A stretch of DNA of 64,000 bases from Amoebidium appalachense (lineage: Eukaryota; Protista; Ichthyosporea): assembly GCA_963693365.1 (NCBI GenBank), contig CAVNZM010000006.1:10233355-10297354 (forward strand), written 5' to 3'. The translations under genes and the position numbers were made by a program. The notes beneath the pieces were generated by a model. That model searched no databases and was not told where the DNA came from. It worked only from the letters and a program-made list of their open reading frames with translations. This document shows, piece by piece, positions 43,678 to 64,000 of the stretch (positions are counted from its first letter, which is position 1; each line of letters begins with the position of its first letter).

Positions 43678-44203
43678 ACGCAAAGGAAAGAACTGTTCAA
43701 ACGCGAGGCTGTTGCTGCAGCCCTTTGGGTGGGGGGATGGACTGTCACATGGCGCCAAGTGGAAACATACACCAAAGGAACAATATCTACATAGACCGGT
43801 ATGCCATGTCAAAATAGTTCCACACCAACACGCGTGTGCGCAAGGAGTGGGGGGGAGGGGGGGGGGGGGCAGGGTACACATACGTTAATATATTGTGGCA
43901 AACCCGATGCTGCAGGCTGTGCTGGCTGGGCCGGGGCATTTGTGTATGCGGGGGCAGAGGGGGGCATGTCCTCGTCATCATCCGTGTCCGACAGAGAAAG
44001 GTCTGTGTGCACGTATGTGAGTGGGTGGGTGTGTGCATGCAACATGGCACTGCTTGTCAAACATGCAGGCGGGGAAGGGGGGGGGGGGGGTCGGAATGCA
44101 TTGCCAAGTGTATCATACAAATTCGCGACGAAAGACGCAAGGCGGATTTCACACCCCCTCAACCCCTTCCTTTTAAACAAAAGCAAACGCACACGCACAC
44201 GCG

Positions 44204-44286
<83 letters not shown>

Positions 44287-44645
44287 CAACAACACGCACA
44301 CCTCCCCGCCCACACAAACACACCCAACAACCCACCCACCAACGGACACACCACCACCACAACCATCAGAGGGATCCAGCCCCCCCCCCCCCCCCCCCCC
44401 CTCTCCCCCTTCCCCAACCCCAAACCCCCCCCCCACACACACACACACACACACACCTTTGATATAATTGTGCAAGAACTGCTTGATATTGTTTGACCCC
44501 GCAGGGGCTGCCTGCCCCGACACCACCCCTCTACTCGGCTCTGCTGCAGGTGTAACTGGTGTGGGTTCGGCCCGAGGCTGTGGATGTGTGGGGTGGTTAG
44601 AAAGCAGGTGATGGGTTTGGCTAGCTAGCTATAGACGGCTGTGTG

Positions 44646-44711
<66 letters not shown>

Positions 44712-44847
44712 CGTGCGCGCGCATGCATGTGTGTTTGCGTGCGAGCACTTCCGTGCGCGTGCGTGCACGTGTGTTTGTGTGTGTGCACGCACACATGCGT
44801 ATAGGGCACCGGTCTGTGTGCGTGTGTATGCTCCACCCTGTCCGTGT

Positions 44848-44904
<57 letters not shown>

Positions 44905-45159
44905 CTTGTGTGTGTATATGTGAATGTATTGTACACGTGTGTGCGTATGTGTGTGTTCATGGCCATTTTAGAGGTATGTGTGCATGTGAGTGTACGTGGC
45001 CATGATCGTTATCCTACACAGCCCTCCCCCACCCCCCAACACCCACCCACCCACCCCGGGGGGGGGGGGAGAGAAGGGGACTTGGAGAGGGTGCATTAAC
45101 GTCTATGCCTCTGTTTTTCTTTTTCGCAGACATCCCATAGGCAGCTTGGGGCGACAAAG

Positions 45160-45191
<32 letters not shown>

Positions 45192-46683
45192 ACCACCACC
45201 ACCACCATCCCCTCTCCTTTCCCCTTTCCCGTCTTCCTGCCCCCCCCCCCAACCATGCCCAAGATCACTGTTTGCACGTACCCTGGGCATGGGCACTGGG
45301 CCCACTGGAACTTGTGGGATCATGTTTGGCTGGGAGGATAGGGTGGTGATGGACGGCCCACGTGACCTCTCTGCAGGTGTGGGCCTCGGGGCAGCAGCCG
45401 GGGTAGCCACTGCCGCTACTTGGGCCGGGGCCGGGGGAGTTGCAGCAAGCACCTGGGCGGGGGGGTTCAAGGCCTTTACCATATCTGATATGTTGGCATA
45501 CAGAGGCGCATCATAGCTGGACGAGGCTATCGGTGCGGATTCTGGTGCCGGTGTCGGTAGAGGTGCTAAGGGCACTGACGCTGCTGCCGCTGCCGGTTTT
45601 TGTTGTGTTTGCTGTGTGGGTGGGGGGTTGGTTGGCTGTGCTGCCTGTGTGCTTGCAACAGGAGCCGTGGGCTTCAGGGGAGCCGGTGGCCGAGGCATAA
45701 CCAAACCGTCCTCCGACCCAGGCAGGCACACGTTGGCCGCGTTGGTGAGGCAGTCCTTGTGGAAGTTCTTGCTGCACCCTGCACAGGGTGTATGTGTGGT
45801 CAGCCAGGGGACACGGGTGGGATGTGGGTAGGAGGAGGGGGGAGCCAGTGGCGGGAAGTGGGTGGGTGGGTGGGTGGGAAGTTGTGGGGAGGGGGGGGGG
45901 GGGGGGAGGGAGGAGGAAGGGGGGGGGGGGGGGGTTTTCGAGTGAATGAGGGAGGGGGGGGGGGGGGGGGGGGGGGGAGGGGGACGAAGAAACTGTTGTA
46001 CAAAAAAAAAACCATTTGTGCTCAAGGGAATATTGAGGGGAATTGATGGGAACTTATCTAAACCCCAAGAAGAAACCCACAGAGAACGGGAGGTTCAGGC
46101 GAGCGTCGAAAAGCTTCTGCGGCGTAAGCAAAGACAGGCTGCAAGTGCACAAGTGCAGGTTTGAGCTCGCAGGGAAAAGAAACAGCAAGGCGCGAAGGAA
46201 GCAAATATGTTCCAACAAGCCAACCCTTGTGATCTCCTTGTCCTTGGTGTGCAGCTCCATCCTCAGGATGACACCCATAAGAAGATGTGAACCAACTCTG
46301 GCATGCGTCCCAATTTGTTTGTGCTTGTGCATGTCTATGCAAGTTCTGCAGGTATATGTGCTCTTTCAGTATTTTGGGTATGTTTGTGTGTGTTCCCAGA
46401 TGTGCATACTGGGATCTGTGCATGTAAGTTCGGGTTTGTGCTTTCAAAAAGCTGTGCCCTGCTGATGTCCTGAGTCTAGGCAGCTCCGTGCATGCGTCAC
46501 TGCTTTCAAGACACGCATATGGGTGCTGTTACCTTTACACTTCAGCCCCTGCCGGAAAAAGCCTGCCAGCGGCTTCTGGCAGAAGTCACACGGCACTGTC
46601 TGCTTGTATGTGTTGTAGTGCACTTGGTGCTTGGGCCCCGTGCTCCGGGCCAGGCTGCGTGGCAGCGTCCCAACAGCAGCCAT
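39467..46683 (-). CDS. C1 domain + Pro/Ala-rich tyrosine-motif linker + C-terminal SH2 adaptor protein, 463 aa, 9 exons
   Basis: Exons 46683-46533, 45778-45282, 44577-44457, 44002-43884, 42643-42497, 41673-41554, 40928-40867, 39941-39858, 39557-39467; GT-AG and in frame. C1 spacing is exact: H-x12-C-x2-C-x13-C-x2-C-x4-H-x2-C-x7-C. SH2: [49 protein letters not shown]. Confidence 0.88.
42644..42945 (-). repeat. ~25-28 bp minisatellite (about 11 copies) resembling the adjacent branch point/3' splice site
   Basis: Gene-strand unit CCAATCACATATTCTAACACCCC(CAC). The last unit runs into the true acceptor CTAACACCCCCACCCAACCAG|ATATCC. Confidence 0.88.
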
Positions 46684-46732
46684 GTTGTCGTGTATGATAG
46701 CCTAATACAGGAAATGAAACAGATAATTAAAT

Positions 46733-46832
46733 GATGAGAAAGAAAAACCGAGAAAAACACTTTCAAATCCTCCGAGGTAACATGAGAAAGAAAAACCGAG
46801 AAAAACACTTTCAAATCCTCTGAGGTAACATC
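46733..46832. repeat. 48-49 bp tandem duplication just upstream of the C1-SH2 start codon
   Basis: TGAGAAAGAAAAACCGAGAAAAACACTTTCAAATCCTCYGAGGTAACA twice. Confidence 0.9.
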
Positions 46833-47552
46833 AGAAACCGAAGTTCAAATTTCCCGTTTTTCTCCCTCTCGCAGAACGTTCCTCTCTCGCATCTCGCCCA
46901 GTGAGTCACGGCTATGAAACGAAAAAATGGCTTTTGGGGTTTAACACATCGTAGAAATTTGGGTTAAAGTATATGTATAAGGATTGCTCTTTGAAGTTCG
47001 AAGAATTTCGGCTTTGACCCTTGTAAAAAGAATAATAAAAAACTTTGTAAAAGTTCTGAACACGTGGTTTGTTTTATAACGTATAGGTTTTTTTCTCACT
47101 GTTAGGTAACTTAGGCACTCAAGTTGACTCAACCGTTTTAAAGATACCGCAAAAAGAGGGGGAAGGCAGGGGGATTTTAAGGTCATAGGAGGCTTGTAGA
47201 TAGATGACCAGAGCGTTATTCTCTTTACTGACTTTCGAGTGTATATTTCTTAAATTGGGTTTTTTATTCTTGATTGCTTTTAACAACAAGCATTGATTGA
47301 TTTACAAATATTTAATGTGATCTTGTCTTATGTATCGGATTAGCCGGCAAGGCTCACGCCTGACACGAACTTTGTGGCCTTTTCTACTTTTTGTGGCCCG
47401 GGAAGTTCAAAAAGAGAGTGACTCTGAGAGAGCTCATGGCCATGGGTCACTCCGTCTTTCACGATCAGTGATTTCTCAGTGACCCTCTACAAAGCGCAAG
47501 CGCTGTGTTTTATGGGTGTTAAAAAAAAACGAGGAGACAACAACCAAGAAAT

Positions 47553-48095
47553 ATGTCGGACGTATTGAAAGAAGTGCTAACCCGGCTTGAAGGCCTGGGC
47601 ATTGAAGCACCTGTGCACGAACACCCCATCGCACTAACTGTGGATGAGTGGAGGCCGCATATCCTTTCTGGACCTGACCCAAACGTCACCATCACCAAGT
47701 GCTTGTTCCTGAAAGACAAGAAAGACAGGTTGTATCTCATCGTTGCACTCGCCGATACACCCGTCGATATGAAACATCTGTTGAAGTCGTTCAAGGACTT
47801 GTATCCTGCACACACGGGCATGCAGACACTTCGCTTTGCTAACGAAAGCCTTCTCGAGCAGACACTATCCATCCAGCGAGGGGCAGTAACACCTTTGGCC
47901 CTGTGTATGGACAAGGAAAAGATAATCAACGTGGTTCTGGATCAAAAGCTGGTTGATCTTTCGGGGAAGCCTGAAGGGTTTGTGTGTGTGCACCCGGGTA
48001 CCAATGACAAGACGGTGTATCTCCGGGTGGAGGACATCACCAGGTTTATTGAGGCACACCACGGACCGTACAAGGCGTGCTCTCTAGCCCCGTAA
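47553..48095 (+). CDS. ProX/PrdX (YbaK superfamily) aminoacyl-tRNA(Pro) editing deacylase, PRORSD1-like, 180 aa, intronless
   Basis: Motifs HEHP..TVDE, TKCLFLKDKK (cf. KNLFLKDKK), LRFANE, GAVTPLAL, VVLD, HPGTNDKT. Divergent from the C1-SH2 gene. Confidence 0.92.
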   Translation: MSDVLKEVLTRLEGLGIEAPVHEHPIALTVDEWRPHILSGPDPNVTITKCLFLKDKKDRLYLIVALADTPVDMKHLLKSFKDLYPAHTGMQTLRFANESLLEQTLSIQRGAVTPLALCMDKEKIINVVLDQKLVDLSGKPEGFVCVHPGTNDKTVYLRVEDITRFIEAHHGPYKACSLAP

Positions 48096-48617
48096 ACCTT
48101 TTTTGAACTTAAACGAAATCCCTTCACGTCCTCTTCTTCTTTTTTTTTTTTTTTTTTTACCCGAAGCCGGCTATTTTCATTTTAATTTTTTTTGTTTTTT
48201 AATTAGCCACTCTCTACTGGCAGGATGAGCCGTTACGAAGGCATCACGTTCCGTATGAGTGTGCCCACTGGGCTCCAAACGGGTGAACTATGGCAATATA
48301 TTTTGTCGAATGGCCTTGCTGTATTCCCATTTTAGTATGTAAACGGAGGAGACAAGAGGCTGGCTTTCTTTTGAATGAAGACAGAGCAGGGCCGCTGCAC
48401 TGCTTTCATCACAATTTTTGCGCGCCAAGGCACACAGTGCTATTCAATTGTATGCATGAAATATCGTTGGTGGCAGTTTAAACGGGATGTCATTCAATTT
48501 GGCTACCCTTGTTTATTGTCACATTGTGTGTGTATTGGCAGGGGTAGAAAGTAGGCCGCCCCTTGTGTGCTAATGGGGAAATCTGAGTTGGGAAGTGTTG
48601 CTCTGTGTGTATGGGAT

Positions 48618-48656
<39 letters not shown>

Positions 48657-49160
48657 GAAGGAGAGCTTGCCTAACGAATTAATTGAGGATTCTATTCCTC
48701 AGCTGTTATACTAGAGCTATGATATAAAGTTCTGCTAATGGGGTGCGCAGGCATATGCTGGTGGTCTTAGTGGTTTGTGTGTGTGCACAAGCTTTTCTCT
48801 TTCTCTTTTCCCTTTTTTTTTTTTTTTTTTTCCTTTTTTTTTTTCTTTTTGCGCGCGGGTGGAAGTGGAGGGGGAGGGGGGGTGCAGGGTAACATCCTCG
48901 TAGGAGAACACAGTGAAATGGTGTGTGTACATGTGTGTGTGTGTGGGGGGGGGGGGGGGGGGGGGGGGGGGGAGGGAGATATCATATGCATCAGGCTGCA
49001 GTATAAAATGTTAAATCCCGAAGCACAGGCGGTGTAGAGCGAAGGTATCGACACGCAGGCATGCATAAACCTTTCAGGGCACCTGAATTCCCAGCATTAC
49101 CTGCACAGTGTCAACACGCACTGAGTATGTAACTATATCGCATGATACCTTGCCCCCCCC

Positions 49161-49205
<45 letters not shown>

Positions 49206-49657
49206 CCCGGGGCCCCCGCCCAAAAAAGGCAACTGTTCGAGCTATGTCGACCCGGGCCGGTCCGTCCCTTCCCGATTCCCCTCAGCATGCATACATGTAC
49301 ATGGGCACAGCACGTGATTACTGCCGTGCTCGACTTCGATGGGGCATACAGTCACATGGCTCGACTAATCAATAATACCACACCTGCGCAACCATGGCAT
49401 TAATATGGGTAAGCTAGGTTCAAGCTAGGGCCCTCAACACGTACGAAGAAAACACAGCATGTACATACGCAGGAAGTCATGCTAATACGTCCCGGCCAAG
49501 TCCGTCATGATGTGTCTGCGTGTGCGTGCTGTACGTGCACATGTACGCCAACGGTGCTGCCACGCTGCCGAGGAGTAGCTAATTGTGTGTGTGCAGTGAC
49601 TGTGCACATGTATGACGGGCTGAGATCTCCTTAGCACTGTGGGGTGGGGGTGGGGGT

Positions 49658-49704
<47 letters not shown>

Positions 49705-50333
49705 GCGATTCTCACTGGCAGCTGCTATCTGCTGACAGACACTGTGAATCTAGAAGGCAGAGGGGGTCTTTTAAATTTCACGGGCATATGCATATTCAAT
49801 GATTCATTGCTCAAGACGACATGGACCTAAAGGCCGGCATAGTCACGTGCACCTGCACAGTGTGTGCACACTCATCAATGTTATTGCTGTTTATTACTGT
49901 GATCAATCAGTGAGTTCAGGCTTTGGAGGCTCGTCAACTTCCCCATCAAATTTAATACCACCTCTAAAAAAAATTGAAAGCCCAAAGAATACGTTAGGTA
50001 TCGTTGGTATTATATTCATACATCAATTTCCAGTGCTCACAAGTGAGCGCTCGCATCGATAAGTAACCAAACACATCTCCACACTGTCAGTTACTTGACT
50101 GATGAACAAAACAACATCATCATTATGTACATCTACACAGCAAGTGCACACACACCTACATATTCCTAGATCCAGCGTGCACCTCAGAGCATATGACTAT
50201 TGAATTTAATTTTTAATGAGACATTGGTGGTGGGAATAAAGGTCGACAAGCCAAGCAACTTATTTTGCTCGTATGTTGTGAGTCTTAGGCTAGGGCTTAT
50301 CATATGCCCAGGCATATGAATGATTATGGGGAA

Positions 50334-50373
<40 letters not shown>

Positions 50374-50612
50374 TCGTTCAACTATCAAGTGTATGTTTGC
50401 CCCATGCTCCCTTTGAGTTGATGTTCAATGCCAACTTTCTGCTTGGTGCCCGAGCAAGGACAAGCAACATATGTGACATACTTCACTATAAACATCACAA
50501 ATTCACTGTCACAGGTCCATAGAAAAGACTCAATAAGAATCGCAATAACATTATTTCCCATTATCCTTCATCGTCTGAGATGTAGATGATTTGACATGGC
50601 CAGGTAGCAAAT

Positions 50613-63602
<12,990 letters not shown>

Positions 63603-64000
63603 CGTGCTGGATGTGTGATACGAATACTGGTGATACCTGCTCCCAAATTACTTTCATGCACTAGGCCCAGTGTCCTCACGCATTCAGTTGCAGGCCCGCT
63701 ATTTATCAATGAATAATGGTGCATACGTAGTAATATGTATACGTAGGGTGTTAACTGAGCCAGAAAAAGAAAAGCCTGCAGTTGTAACAGAGTAATTATA
63801 ATGGCACACAAATGTCAGAGTTGAATTTGATCCTGTAAATAACGGATCATGCTCCTGGTGTTACTTATGTGGTGTGTGGTGTGACGTGGTCACGCGCGCA
63901 CAGTTTTATGCAATGTAACAGCAAGATACAAGTATGTGATAGTAAGCCAATAATACCGTTTCAAATGTGTAACTTACCTTATGTGTTTAAACATGGTGCG

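Overview
Eukaryotic, intron-rich genomic DNA. The SH2/phosphotyrosine and EHBP1-type genes, branch-point-rich introns and dense (CA)/(TG) and poly-G/C tracts suggest a unicellular holozoan such as an ichthyosporean; this is inference only. Hand-built, frame-consistent GT-AG gene models, in order: a terminal exon of an upstream gene (+, 187-309); an intronless 464-aa protein with a divergent SAND-like domain and a coiled coil (-); PGM2-family phosphomutase (-, 7 exons, 605 aa); ISWI/SMARCA5 remodeler (+, 23 exons, 1109 aa); ribosomal protein uL15/RPL27A (+, 3 exons, ATG-only first coding exon, candidate intronic H/ACA RNAs); a C1 + tyrosine-motif + SH2 adaptor resembling a stripped-down Vav (-, 9 exons, 463 aa); an intronless ProX/YbaK tRNA-editing deacylase (+); and an EHBP1-like NT-C2 + coiled-coil protein (-, 18 exons, 520 aa). 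Non-coding highlights are a 209-bp TA-flanked Tc1/mariner-type MITE, a 270-325 nt foldback with strand-biased G-U pairing inside the last intron of the NT-C2 gene, and a minisatellite built from a branch point/3' splice site. Almost all long ORFs in the supplied track are translations of microsatellites and are not genes.
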